Source: Cyclobacteriaceae bacterium (lineage in GTDB: Bacteria > Bacteroidota > Bacteroidia > Cytophagales > Cyclobacteriaceae). From it: DNA of 64,000 nucleotides. Within the stretch, counting starts at the first letter, position 1; each line of letters opens with the position of its first letter. The notes beneath the pieces were generated by a model. That model was not told the DNA's origin. It did no database searches and saw only the letters and a program-made list of their open reading frames with translations. Below are positions 28,010 through 37,702 of the stretch, in pieces. The position numbers and the translations under genes are program-made. Location: positions 1,298 through 65,297 of the forward strand of contig DASVCT010000262.1 of NCBI GenBank assembly GCA_036381475.1, read 5' to 3'.

Positions 28010-28996
28010 ATGGACGAGAAAATCAATCTGCGGGCAATTGAGCAGTACAGCGACGAATTCTCTGAAAAGATGATCGGGACCTGGTTTGCCACGCGTGAAT
28101 CGATTACCGGGCAGGAGATCCTCGAATTCTGTGAAATCAAACAGATTAACCTGTTTGTCATTTATGAGTTGTTTCGGACCTGGAAACAGGAGAGCGCCAA
28201 AAACCGGAGTCCATATTTTGACTACGATGCGACAGAAGTTCGCGAGGCGGCTGCGGCGTTGATGAATGCCCTTTCCAACCACATCCGTGTCGACCGGGCG
28301 AATTTCGCACCGCTGCTGCAGAAAGCGACATACAACACGCTGCTGCTGATTGTCGACCCGTACGATTTCTTTGCCGATCTGATCGAGAAACATGCCGAAC
28401 TCGTACCCTCCGAATTCGCCGACCATCTGAAGTACGTGCGAATTAACAAGGCACCGCTTCAGCGGCTGCTGGAAAAGCTCCGGGAGCGCCAGGTGACTTC
28501 TATCTCGGGAAACGAGGCGTTCGCTTTGCTTGACTCGATCCTCGAGGAAGTAAACTTCACGCCGGAAGATGTGGATGGATACCTCGCCAGTTTTTCCCAG
28601 GTGCTGCCGGTATCTCTTGAATCCTTCTACGAAAAAAGGCCGGAACCTCAATCTCACGTTGAAGCGGAACAACCCAACCACTACCAGTGGCAACCAGTCA
28701 AGTCGACCGTCAACGATCAGCTATCGCACGAGCCGCGACCCATGATTGCGGATCAGTTCATGAAGATCACAAGCATCAAGGAAAGCCTGACGATAAATCA
28801 GAAGTTCATGTTCACCAAGGTGCTGTTTCATGGTGACTTTGAACTGTTCAGCAGCGCAATCGAAGACCTGGATCGCCAGGACCACCTTCAGGGTGCCCTT
28901 CGCTACCTGGAAAGGAATTACCAGGAATGGGACCGCGAGAGCGAGGAGTTCCATGAGTTTATGGAGTTGCTCGAGAAACGCTTCGGGTCACAGTAG
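28010..28996 (+). CDS. hypothetical cytoplasmic protein (acidic, helical)
   Basis: 328 aa with no signal peptide or TM segment. Codon bias resembles the neighbouring genes. No recognisable motif. Confidence 0.7.
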   Translation: MDEKINLRAIEQYSDEFSEKMIGTWFATRESITGQEILEFCEIKQINLFVIYELFRTWKQESAKNRSPYFDYDATEVREAAAALMNALSNHIRVDRANFAPLLQKATYNTLLLIVDPYDFFADLIEKHAELVPSEFADHLKYVRINKAPLQRLLEKLRERQVTSISGNEAFALLDSILEEVNFTPEDVDGYLASFSQVLPVSLESFYEKRPEPQSHVEAEQPNHYQWQPVKSTVNDQLSHEPRPMIADQFMKITSIKESLTINQKFMFTKVLFHGDFELFSSAIEDLDRQDHLQGALRYLERNYQEWDRESEEFHEFMELLEKRFGSQ

Positions 28997-29057
28997 GCAG
29001 TAGGCAGTAGGCAATTGGCAGTAGGCAGTAGTTGGCAGTAGGCAGTAGGGCAGTAGG
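28991..29057. repeat. tandem heptamer repeat (CAGTAGG)n
   Basis: Eight CAGTAGG units plus one CAATTGG variant, with small 1-3 nt insertions, between two convergent genes. The first unit contains the TAG stop codon (28994-28996) of the upstream ORF. Confidence 0.9.
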
Positions 29058-29095
29058 ATACAGTTTGCGGTAGTATGAGCTTCGACGTGTGAATA

Positions 29096-30364
29096 TTACC
29101 CTCGATTCATTACCTGCAGGCGATGCGCGTCGAGTTTCAGCAGTATGAATAGCAGGATCGTGAATCCCCACAGGGATGATCCGCCGTAGCTGAAGAACGG
29201 AAGCGGGATGCCGATGACAGGAAACAGGCCGATCGTCATGCCGATGTTGATGGTGAAGTGAAAGAACAGAATGCACGCGACGCAATAGCCATATACACGG
29301 GCGAACCGGCTTTTCTGTCGCTCGGCCAGGTACACAACGCGGAAGAGCAGGGCCATAAACAGCAGGACCACCATCAAACTACCGATCCAACCATGTTCCT
29401 CACCAATGGTGCAAAAGATGAAGTCGGTGCTTTGCTCGGGAACAAACTTCAGCTTCGTTTGCGTCCCCTTCAAAAATCCTTTCCCGTAAAGCCCTCCGCT
29501 GCCGATAGCCACCTTGGATTGATACACGTGGTATCCAACGCCAAGCTGGTCGAGTTCGGGATTTAACAGCACGCGGATACGCTTTTGCTGGTAGTCTTTC
29601 AAAACATTATTGAAAACGAAATCGACGCTCTTGATCGTGCCCATCAGCATCAACGCGGCGGCGGTGAGCACCATGATGCGTTTGCGCTTCTTTTTGCCGA
29701 GAAGGATCAACGTAAGCCAGACGCAGCCGATGATTGCAAAGAGAATGTATTCGTTCTCCACCAGCAGGGTAAGGATAAAAATAATGGCGATCCCGATGCC
29801 GACGAGAATCAGGAACGGCGACATGCCTTCGCGGTAGAACACCAGCACGAAAGCGGTAAACACCAATGCGGTACCAGTGTCCTTCTGAAGGAGTATGACG
29901 GCCATGGGCAGACCGATAATGGCGAAGAGTCGTATTTGGTTGCGGAGCTGGTCCATCTTGAAACCAACCGTGCCGATATACTTGGCCACTGCAAGCGCCG
30001 TCGCAAACTTGGCAAACTCAGAGGGTTGGAAGCCGAATGAGCCGATCCGCAGCCAGGCCTGGTTTCCACCAACTTCGCGACCTGTGAACACGACGATGAT
30101 ACACATCAGGAGCACCACCCCGTAAATCACCCAGGCGAACGTCTCATAAAACCGCATATCCATGATCAGGATGAACATGATAATGGCTACGGACGATGCG
30201 ATAAAGATGAGCTGGCGGCCGGAGTTGATGGAGGGATCGAGAATGAACTGGTTTTCTTCGTACGTTACCGAGAAGATATTCAGCCATCCCCAGAGCACGA
30301 TGACACCGTAGAGCATTACGGTGATCCAGTCCATGCGGTTCGATATCTTCTCCTCGCGCACCAT
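29096..30364 (-). CDS. rodA: rod shape-determining protein RodA (SEDS family)
   Basis: 422 aa polytopic FtsW/RodA/SpoVE protein ('[17 protein letters not shown]', '[10 protein letters not shown]'). Confidence 0.9.
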   Translation of the reverse strand: MVREEKISNRMDWITVMLYGVIVLWGWLNIFSVTYEENQFILDPSINSGRQLIFIASSVAIIMFILIMDMRFYETFAWVIYGVVLLMCIIVVFTGREVGGNQAWLRIGSFGFQPSEFAKFATALAVAKYIGTVGFKMDQLRNQIRLFAIIGLPMAVILLQKDTGTALVFTAFVLVFYREGMSPFLILVGIGIAIIFILTLLVENEYILFAIIGCVWLTLILLGKKKRKRIMVLTAAALMLMGTIKSVDFVFNNVLKDYQQKRIRVLLNPELDQLGVGYHVYQSKVAIGSGGLYGKGFLKGTQTKLKFVPEQSTDFIFCTIGEEHGWIGSLMVVLLFMALLFRVVYLAERQKSRFARVYGYCVACILFFHFTINIGMTIGLFPVIGIPLPFFSYGGSSLWGFTILLFILLKLDAHRLQVMNRG

Positions 30365-32187
30365 CAGTATAGGAATTGTCCCTTTAATACATACTGTTCA
30401 ATCATCGGCCTTTGTGTTGCACCCAGCAGGTATTTTTCAATCATGAGGCTCGCGATGGACGCGGCGGCCCGGGCGCCCTGACCGGCACTTTCCACATAGA
30501 CGGAAACCGCAATCTTCGGATTATCCTTTGGAGCAAACGCGATAAAAACAGAATGGTCAGGAAGGGGATCGTTCTGAACCGTGCCGGTCTTGCCGCAGAC
30601 TGTGATGTCGCGGAGCTTGGCGCGATATTGTCCTGTTCCTTCCTCCACCACGCGCTGCATGGCCTCGACCGCCACTTCGAAATGTTCCGGGTCGATTGTC
30701 GTAAAGTGCTTTTCCTGGTAGCGCGGAAGGGGGAGTCCTGTTTTTCCGATCGACTTCACCAGGTGCGGCGTATAGTAAAAGCCGCGATTGGCGATAATCG
30801 CTGCGAAATTGGCCATCTGCAATGGCACAACGAGGTTCTCACCTTCGCCGATGGCGATCGAATAAATGTTTGAAAACTTCCAGGGTTTTCCGTGGTACGC
30901 GCGATCATAGTATGCAGGGTTGGGTACGAGGCCGCCTTTCTCGTTCGGAAGGTCGATGCCCAGCGGCTTGCCCAGGCCAAAGCTCCTTATGTGTTTGTCC
31001 CACTCCGCAAGCCCGATGCGCGTGTCTTCATAGGGATCGCTGGACACACCCTGGTTCAGCATCCGGCGCAATACATTGTAGAAATAGGGATTGCACGAGT
31101 GCGTTATCGCGCCCCTCAGGTCGTCGTTCGTATGATCGCCATGGCAGTTGATGATGCTGCGGTTGCAGCGTATCCGCGTCTCCGGGGTGATGACGCCCTC
31201 CTGGAGAGCCACCATCGACTGTGCAATCTTGAAAATGGAGCCCGGACGATACTGCGCCATGAGCGGACGGTTGAACAGCGGCTTGTTCGTGTCGTTGCTG
31301 ATCAACAGAAAGTTTGAACTGTAGTTTCTGCCCGTCAACAGGGACGGATCGTAAGACGGGCCGGAGACCATAGCCAGGATTTCGCCCGTGGCGGGTTCAA
31401 TGGCAATGATGCTTCCTGCCTTCCCATCCATAAGGTAAGCGCCGTATTCCTGAAGGTCCAGGTCGATGGTGGTGGTAAGGTCCTGTCCGGGTATCGACAG
31501 CGTATCATAGCGACCATTTTTGTATGGACCCTTGATGATGCCATCCTTGTTTCGGAGAAGATATCGCACCCCGCGGGTACCCCTGAGGTAGGTTTCATAA
31601 TACGCTTCCAGCCCGCTTTGTCCAATGTAGTCGCCCTGCCTGTAGAAGTGTGTGGTGTCGTTGGCAAGCTGGCTTTTGGTGATCTCGCTGACGTATCCCA
31701 CGGCATTCCCGACTGCGCTGGAGGAGTACGCTCTTGTCGTCCGTGCCTGAATATAGAAGCCCTCGAACTCGTCGATATGGTCCTGTATCTTGGCGAAGTC
31801 TCGGTTCGACAGCTGCTTGATGAAAGGCGTGGGCTGAAGTTCCGAAGCACGTTTGGCCCGAATGTCACTGTACAATTGAGCAAACTGGTCCCGGAGCTGT
31901 TGCGGGGTTATGTCGAACACATGGCAAAACCGGGCGGTATCCAGGTTATGGACTTCCTTGAGGATGATCAGCAGATCATATTCAGGGGCGTTGTATACGA
32001 TGAGTTTCCCGTTGCGGTCGGTGAGGAGGCCTCGTACCGGGTACAGAATTTCCTTCCTGATGGCGTTGGTGTCAGCGAGGTCAGCATAGCTGCGGTCTAT
32101 GACCTGTATGAAGAACAGCTTCAGCAGGAAGATCATGGCCACCGCCACAAAAACGATCTGAATAATTTCCTTTCTCCCTTCGTTCAT
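30364..32187 (-). CDS. mrdA: penicillin-binding protein 2 (elongasome transpeptidase)
   Basis: 'GSIFK' (SxxK), 'HSCN' (SxN), 'KTGT'. The ATG at 32187 forms an ATGA overlap with the mreD stop codon; the ORF-track start at 32364 is an extension. Confidence 0.9.
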   Translation of the reverse strand: MNEGRKEIIQIVFVAVAMIFLLKLFFIQVIDRSYADLADTNAIRKEILYPVRGLLTDRNGKLIVYNAPEYDLLIILKEVHNLDTARFCHVFDITPQQLRDQFAQLYSDIRAKRASELQPTPFIKQLSNRDFAKIQDHIDEFEGFYIQARTTRAYSSSAVGNAVGYVSEITKSQLANDTTHFYRQGDYIGQSGLEAYYETYLRGTRGVRYLLRNKDGIIKGPYKNGRYDTLSIPGQDLTTTIDLDLQEYGAYLMDGKAGSIIAIEPATGEILAMVSGPSYDPSLLTGRNYSSNFLLISNDTNKPLFNRPLMAQYRPGSIFKIAQSMVALQEGVITPETRIRCNRSIINCHGDHTNDDLRGAITHSCNPYFYNVLRRMLNQGVSSDPYEDTRIGLAEWDKHIRSFGLGKPLGIDLPNEKGGLVPNPAYYDRAYHGKPWKFSNIYSIAIGEGENLVVPLQMANFAAIIANRGFYYTPHLVKSIGKTGLPLPRYQEKHFTTIDPEHFEVAVEAMQRVVEEGTGQYRAKLRDITVCGKTGTVQNDPLPDHSVFIAFAPKDNPKIAVSVYVESAGQGARAAASIASLMIEKYLLGATQRPMIEQYVLKGQFLY

Positions 32188-32699
32188 AACCGCTTCTTTT
32201 CGCCGAACATGAATTGAAAAATGACGATTATCAGGATGGTAAGCAGCGTGCTCGCCAGGGCTTTCCACAAAGTAAACCAGAAGAGCTGAAAGCCCCCCGC
32301 CTCGATAAAAAATAGAACGGCGTGATGCAAAAATACTAAGGGCATCAGGTATATCAAAAACCACTGGGTACCGTTCATCGACAAATTCGGTACCGCGTTG
32401 GTGTCATATCCGCCCTGGGGCGTAATCAGGTTCAACCAGTGGTTTCTCAGGTACATGATCAGGACGGAGGCCATCGCATGCATACCGAGGCTGTCATAGA
32501 AGATATCTACGGTGAAACCGAGGACGAATCCCAGCCCCATGAGGACGAGCGGATTCACCTCGACGGGCAGCAACAGCAGATAGGCAACATACACAAAACA
32601 GAACGCCGTGTGAAACAGCACGACATGCTTCATGATGACCACCTGCAGGGCCAGGTACAGGAAGAACGAAAAAATATGTCGGATCCCCAGCCTGCTCAT
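32184..32699 (-). CDS. mreD: rod shape-determining protein MreD
   Basis: 171-aa polytopic membrane protein between mreC and mrdA. Confidence 0.8.
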   Translation of the reverse strand: MSRLGIRHIFSFFLYLALQVVIMKHVVLFHTAFCFVYVAYLLLLPVEVNPLVLMGLGFVLGFTVDIFYDSLGMHAMASVLIMYLRNHWLNLITPQGGYDTNAVPNLSMNGTQWFLIYLMPLVFLHHAVLFFIEAGGFQLFWFTLWKALASTLLTILIIVIFQFMFGEKKRL

Positions 32700-33535
32700 C
32701 GTTGCTCTTCGAGAAAGGGTAATTCCAGCGAATCCTGCTCCGCCTTGAGATAGCTTTTCACGACGGCGACGTACGACAGCCGTTGAAAGTCCTGCGACAG
32801 TCGTACCTTCAGTTCATAAAAAGGTGCTGCGTCGTTTAGCGTGATGTGATCGATGGTGCCGATCATAATGCCTTCCGGAAACACCGCGTTGTATCCCGAT
32901 GTGACGACCGTATCGCCAACAACGGGCCGGACGTGGCGTGGAATGTAGTTCAGATCGATGAACAACGGATCCTTGCCGTCCCACTGGGCCGTCCCGAAGT
33001 GACCCGTGCGCTTGATCATCGCCGACGTCATCACATCGACATTGAGCAGCGAGATGACGACGCTATAGTGCTCGGATGTTGCCTTCACTTTTCCAACAGC
33101 ACCGAAGTTGCCGATTACGGCCATGCCTTCTTTGATGCCGGATGAGGAGCCTTTGTCTATGGTGATAAAGTTGATTACCCGGTCGACCGAGTTGTTCACG
33201 ACTTTTGCGCTCACGTACTCGAATCGGTTGATAATGGTCGTATCAGCGACACCCTGTCCCCTTAAGGAAGAGAGCAACTGACTATGTCGTTCAAGCGCTG
33301 TCCGGAGGTCGGCGTTTTCACGAGCGAGGGCTTCGTTTGTTTTTCGCAACGAAAAGTATTCGCCTACTCCGTGCGAAAACTCGTTAATGGCTGCTACGAG
33401 ACTATTGGAAGAATTGAAGAACTGGGCGCTTTGATAGTGGTTGCTGGAGACGATTAGCCACCCGCAGATGACTTCCAGTAAAAGGAACGTGAAGAAAGCA
33501 CGGTTCTCGTAAAAGAATAGAAATAGCCGCTCCAT
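32696..33535 (-). CDS. mreC: rod shape-determining protein MreC
   Basis: 279 aa with an N-terminal TM, a coiled coil and a beta-rich C-terminus ('VVTSGYNAVFPEGIMIG'). 4-nt overlap with mreD. Confidence 0.85.
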   Translation of the reverse strand: MERLFLFFYENRAFFTFLLLEVICGWLIVSSNHYQSAQFFNSSNSLVAAINEFSHGVGEYFSLRKTNEALARENADLRTALERHSQLLSSLRGQGVADTTIINRFEYVSAKVVNNSVDRVINFITIDKGSSSGIKEGMAVIGNFGAVGKVKATSEHYSVVISLLNVDVMTSAMIKRTGHFGTAQWDGKDPLFIDLNYIPRHVRPVVGDTVVTSGYNAVFPEGIMIGTIDHITLNDAAPFYELKVRLSQDFQRLSYVAVVKSYLKAEQDSLELPFLEEQR

Positions 33536-33539
33536 TCCA

Positions 33540-34565
33540 TCATGTCATCAGGACGGCTCTGAAACTTTCCAGGTTCTTGAGTGCCATACCGGTGCCGCGG
33601 ACAACAGCGCGGAGCGGATCATCGGCGACATGAATGGGTAATTTGGTCTTTAGTGCCAGTCGCTTGTCCAGTCCGCGCAACAGGGCCCCTCCCCCGGTGA
33701 GGTAAATGCCGCGTTCATAAATGTCGGCCGACAGTTCCGGGGGAGAAGTTTCGAGGGCCTTCAAAACTGCCTCTTCCAGCTTGGAAACCGATTTATCCAG
33801 GGCAAAGGCGACTTCCGAATAGGATATTTTTATGGTTTTTGGAATTCCCGTCATCAGGTCGCGTCCCCGGATCTCGTAGTCCTCGGGGGCGTCGTCAAGT
33901 TCGGTAAGGGCGGAGCCGACTTCGATCTTGACCTTTTCGGCCGACCGTTCGCCGATCAGCAGGTTGTGTTGACGCCGCATGTAGTCAAGGATATCGCGGT
34001 TGAACGTGTCGCCCGCCACCCGGATCGACTGGTCGCAAACAATGCCTGAAAGGGCAATGACGGCAATATCCGTCGTACCGCCGCCGATGTCCACGATCAT
34101 ATTCCCGATCGGCATTTCGATGTCAATACCAATGCCCACAGCTGCAGCAATGGGTTCGTGGATCATGTATACCTCCTTGGCGCCGGCATGTTCGGCGGAG
34201 TCGCGTACGGCGCGTTTCTCCACCTCGGTTATCCCCGAAGGAATGCAGATGATCATACGGTGAGATGGAGGGAACAGGCGTTTCCCTGTGTCGATCATTT
34301 TGATCAGACCGCGGATCATCATTTCCGCCGCGTGAAAGTCGGCGATGACGCCCTCCTTCAGGGGTCGTATGGTTTTGATATTTTCGTGAGTTTTTTCATG
34401 CATTTGCATGGCCTCCCTACCGATGGCGAGCACCTTGTTACTGGTTTTGTCGATAGCTATGATGGAGGGTTCGTCTACTACGATCTTATCTTTGTAGATT
34501 ATTAGGGTATTGGCAGTGCCAAGGTCTATGGCAATGTCGCTGGTAAAAAAATCAAAAAATCCCAT
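33540..34565 (-). CDS. mreB: rod shape-determining protein MreB
   Basis: Actin-like ATPase motifs 'IAIDLGTANT' and 'VDIGGGTTDIAV'. Confidence 0.95.
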   Translation of the reverse strand: MGFFDFFTSDIAIDLGTANTLIIYKDKIVVDEPSIIAIDKTSNKVLAIGREAMQMHEKTHENIKTIRPLKEGVIADFHAAEMMIRGLIKMIDTGKRLFPPSHRMIICIPSGITEVEKRAVRDSAEHAGAKEVYMIHEPIAAAVGIGIDIEMPIGNMIVDIGGGTTDIAVIALSGIVCDQSIRVAGDTFNRDILDYMRRQHNLLIGERSAEKVKIEVGSALTELDDAPEDYEIRGRDLMTGIPKTIKISYSEVAFALDKSVSKLEEAVLKALETSPPELSADIYERGIYLTGGGALLRGLDKRLALKTKLPIHVADDPLRAVVRGTGMALKNLESFRAVLMT

Positions 34566-34735
34566 GTATTCAGTATGCGATAAGGTTTTGAAAAATGCCC
34601 GCCTGCCTGGGGGTAACGGTCCGCATTACGGCTAAAATTGCACTCAATTTACCAAATTATTGTTTCAGCGATCAAAAATGTAAGTTTTTTGCCCATTTGC
34701 ATGAGCCGTCCCGTCGAACGACTTGTCCCGTCTTT

Positions 34736-36259
34736 TCAATGACGGAAGTGACGGATACCTGTAAAGACCATTGCCATGTCGTGCTCATCACAAAAGGCAA
34801 TCGAATCCTTATCCTTAACCGAACCGCCGGGCTGTATGACCGCTGTGATCCCCGCCTTCCAGGCCAGTTCAACACAATCGGGAAATGGAAAGAAAGCGTC
34901 AGAAGCCATTACCGCTCCCGTCAGGTCGAAACCGAAAGTCCGGGCTTTTTCAATGGCTTGCTTCAGGGCGTCGACCCGGGATGTCTGTCCTGTCCCACTG
35001 GCCAGCAACTGACCCTCGGTGGCAAGCACGATGGTATTCGACTTGGTATGCTTACAGACTTTCGAGGCAAACAACATGGCCCTGACTTCGGCCGGGGTAG
35101 GCGCCCGACGGGTGACAGTCCTAAGGTCGTCAGCGCTATCGGTCTTCAGGTCTGCGTCCTGTTCAATGACGCCGCCAAGCAAACTCCGGAATTGCTTTTT
35201 CAGATCAGGCAGGGTCTTTAGCCGAAGGAGGATACGGTTCTTTCTTGATTTAAGCACTTCGAGCGCTTCGGGTTCAAAAGCAGGGGCGACGAGAATTTCG
35301 AAGAATAATGGGTTCATCTCCGCAGCAGCGTCAACATTAATAGGCCGATTAGTAACGAGGATGCCGCCGAATGCCGACAGGGTGTCGGCCTGGTATGCTT
35401 TCTTATAGGCTTCCTTAACTGTGGACGCCGTTGCTGCACCGCATGCGTTGGTATGCTTGACAATGACAAAGGCTGTTTCATCATGGAATTCCCGAAGCAG
35501 TCCGAGCGCCGCGTCGATATCGACGAGATTATTGTATGAGAGTTCCTTCCCGTTGAGTTGTTCAAACAAGGCGTCCAGATCACCGTAGAATGCTCCCTGC
35601 TGATGCGGATTCTCGCCGTAACGAAGTTGTCGTCCCGGGCTGAACGACTTTCTGAACACAGGCAGCTGCTCTCGTGTATTGAAATATTCGAAGATCGCCG
35701 CGTCATACGCTGCGGTAACATCGAAAGCCATCGCAGCGAAACGGCGCCTGTCGTCGAGGTCCGTGGTGCACTGTTTCGCTTTCAGCAGGGCAAGCAGTTC
35801 ATCATACTGGGTCCGTGACGACACAATGAGCACGTCGTGATAATTTTTTGCAGCAGCCCGGATGAGCGAAATTCCACCGATGTCAATTTTTTCAATAACG
35901 TCGGCTTCGGGTTTGCCGGCGGCAACGGTTTCAGTAAACGGGTAAAGGTCGACGATCACGAGGTCAATAGGGGCGACGTTAAACCGGTTTGCCTCTTCTT
36001 CGTGAACGCTGTCGCCGCGTCGGTACAATATCCCGCCAAAGACAGCGGGATGAAGCGTCTTTACGCGGCCCCCGAAAATGGAGGGATACCCGGTGATCGA
36101 TTCGACGGGCGTTACGGGATGTCCAAGCCCCTCGATAAAAGCCTGGGTGCCGCCGGTCGATACAAAGGTTGCCTGGTGGCGGGCAAGCTCCTCGATGATG
36201 GGTTCAAGTTTCTCCTTATAAAAAACGGAAACCAATACCCGGGAGATCGTTCTGGTCAT
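34736..36259 (-). CDS. purH: bifunctional AICAR transformylase / IMP cyclohydrolase
   Basis: N-terminal MGS-like domain ('VLVSVFYKEKL..STGGT') and the AICARFT domain. The ATG at 36259 gives about 507 aa. Confidence 0.9.
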   Translation of the reverse strand: MTRTISRVLVSVFYKEKLEPIIEELARHQATFVSTGGTQAFIEGLGHPVTPVESITGYPSIFGGRVKTLHPAVFGGILYRRGDSVHEEEANRFNVAPIDLVIVDLYPFTETVAAGKPEADVIEKIDIGGISLIRAAAKNYHDVLIVSSRTQYDELLALLKAKQCTTDLDDRRRFAAMAFDVTAAYDAAIFEYFNTREQLPVFRKSFSPGRQLRYGENPHQQGAFYGDLDALFEQLNGKELSYNNLVDIDAALGLLREFHDETAFVIVKHTNACGAATASTVKEAYKKAYQADTLSAFGGILVTNRPINVDAAAEMNPLFFEILVAPAFEPEALEVLKSRKNRILLRLKTLPDLKKQFRSLLGGVIEQDADLKTDSADDLRTVTRRAPTPAEVRAMLFASKVCKHTKSNTIVLATEGQLLASGTGQTSRVDALKQAIEKARTFGFDLTGAVMASDAFFPFPDCVELAWKAGITAVIQPGGSVKDKDSIAFCDEHDMAMVFTGIRHFRH

Positions 36260-36373
36260 GCTGCGGGAATTGAAAGGTGCAAAACTATCAAAAATGAGCC
36301 AGCGCTCAACCCGGGGCAAAAGGTTAGGTCCTTAATTTTTAGAATTATTTGGTTCGGCTGCTTAGTTTTGGTT

Positions 36374-36769
36374 ATGCGACTGTTTTTACAAGTCAACATT
36401 TGTGATTGGCAGGATCAGGGTTACGAGAGGCCCATGCTCCATCTTGCGTCGTCGCTTGCCGATGACGTCATCGGCACGGACGTGGACACCCTTTCTGAAC
36501 CCCATGTGGTGGACCTGGTGAAGAAGCTTGTCAGTCAGTCGCAGCACACGTTTCTTCTTGTGTATGCCAGGAAGCCTGATCAGCCGTTGAATCACGTTCT
36601 CTCCCTCTTTAGCCACCTCTTCGATTGCCAGGAAAAAATCCACCTTGCCGTTTTCGCCGGTGAACACGCGACCGCGGAAAAGCTCCTGCGCACGCTCGAT
36701 GAAAAGTTCGTCAAGAACGACGAAGAAGAACTGATTCGCAAAATGGTGAAGCAGTTTGCGCGGGGGTGA
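36374..36769 (+). CDS. hypothetical small protein
   Basis: This is the only part of ORF 35837..36769 that does not overlap purH. G/C-ending codon bias resembles the neighbouring genes. The ATG at 36434 ('MLHLASS') is an alternative start. Confidence 0.5.
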   Translation: MRLFLQVNICDWQDQGYERPMLHLASSLADDVIGTDVDTLSEPHVVDLVKKLVSQSQHTFLLVYARKPDQPLNHVLSLFSHLFDCQEKIHLAVFAGEHATAEKLLRTLDEKFVKNDEEELIRKMVKQFARG

Positions 36770-36782
36770 CCCGTATCGCGCG

Positions 36783-37619
36783 TCAGGTCAGACCCCGGAA
36801 ATAGCCCGACGTTTCGTAGCGCTCCAAATCGATGGAGAACTCGTCTGCATCGAGGTACGCCGGGAACTTATCGCGAAACGCCTGCAGGGAATTCGCATTC
36901 AAACCGATCGTCTTGATCGTGTCGACGCTTTCCAGGGTAAATATGGACTCGCCTTTGGGACTTACCACAGAAGAATGACCGTTGTGTTCGATGCGGTTGC
37001 CGTCCGTTCCAACGCGATTAACACCGGCGACGTAGCACAGATTTTCAATTGCCCGGGCTTTCAGAAGTGTATCCCAGGCTTCGATTCGCGCCGTCGGCCA
37101 ATTTGCCACACAAACGAGAAGATCATAGGATAGCTGTCGCGATGTGTGATCGTAACGATTTCTGCACCACACCGGGAAACGCAAGTCGTAGCACACGAGG
37201 GGACATATCCGCCACCCTTTCCAGGTTCCTATCAGGAGACTCTCACCGGCACTGTAGGTCTTTTGTTCCGCCGCCATTCTGAAAAGGTGGCGCTTGTCGT
37301 AAGTTCTGAAGTTCCCGCCGGGCTCCATCCACAACAGCCGATTGTAAAACCGGTCGCGTACGTTGCAGATGAAACTTCCCAGCAAGAGCGCACCCGTCTG
37401 GTCGGCCATCTGCCGCATCCACTTCGTGGTTCTCATATTCATCATTTCCGCCAGACGGGGGGCGGACATCGTAAACCCGGTGGTGAACATCTCGGGAAGA
37501 ATGATTATGTCAGTGGAAGCGCCAATGCCCCAGATCTTTTCTTCGAACATGGCCAGGTTTGCGCCGATATCTTCCCAGTGCAGATCGGATTGAATTATGG
37601 TGATGTTCAGGTCCGTCAT
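36783..37619 (-). CDS. carbon-nitrogen hydrolase (omega-amidase, YafV-like)
   Basis: 278 aa; 'ILPEMFTTGF' (catalytic Glu region) and 'CYDLRFPVW' (catalytic Cys). Confidence 0.8.
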   Translation of the reverse strand: MTDLNITIIQSDLHWEDIGANLAMFEEKIWGIGASTDIIILPEMFTTGFTMSAPRLAEMMNMRTTKWMRQMADQTGALLLGSFICNVRDRFYNRLLWMEPGGNFRTYDKRHLFRMAAEQKTYSAGESLLIGTWKGWRICPLVCYDLRFPVWCRNRYDHTSRQLSYDLLVCVANWPTARIEAWDTLLKARAIENLCYVAGVNRVGTDGNRIEHNGHSSVVSPKGESIFTLESVDTIKTIGLNANSLQAFRDKFPAYLDADEFSIDLERYETSGYFRGLT

Positions 37620-37702
37620 AGATTCGGCGCAAATAAAACAAATGAGTAGAAGAAACCTAGCCCTTAAGGGTCACCTGCAAGGTGTCTCCTTCAGGGCGGA
37701 TG

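Noticed and set aside
27950-28693. 247-aa minus-strand ORF
   Set aside because: It is antisense to the 328-aa ORF at 28010..28996. It is rich in Arg, Phe and Val, as is typical of shadow frames.
30364-32364. N-terminal extensions in the ORF track (mrdA to 32364, tdk to 27934, UbiA to 46196, purH to 36319, def to 39489, vWA from 10678, frr from 50270, ccoS to 21141)
   Set aside because: Internal ATG codons give proteins of canonical length, with proper signal peptides or ATGA overlaps onto the upstream gene. The extensions cross intergenic repeats or neighbouring genes.
35837-36373. The N-terminal 179 codons of track ORF 35837..36769
   Set aside because: This part lies antisense inside purH, which is unambiguous. 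Only the part downstream of 36374 was kept as a candidate gene.
36397-36409. 'catttgtgattgg', which resembles a single unit of the 46069-46216 heptamer element
   Set aside because: It is only about a 10-nt identity, and a match of that length is not unlikely by chance in 128 kb of two-strand sequence.
36386-36667. 93-aa minus-strand ORF
   Set aside because: It overlaps the better-looking plus-strand candidate, is Lys/Arg-rich like antisense frames, and has no upstream promoter box.
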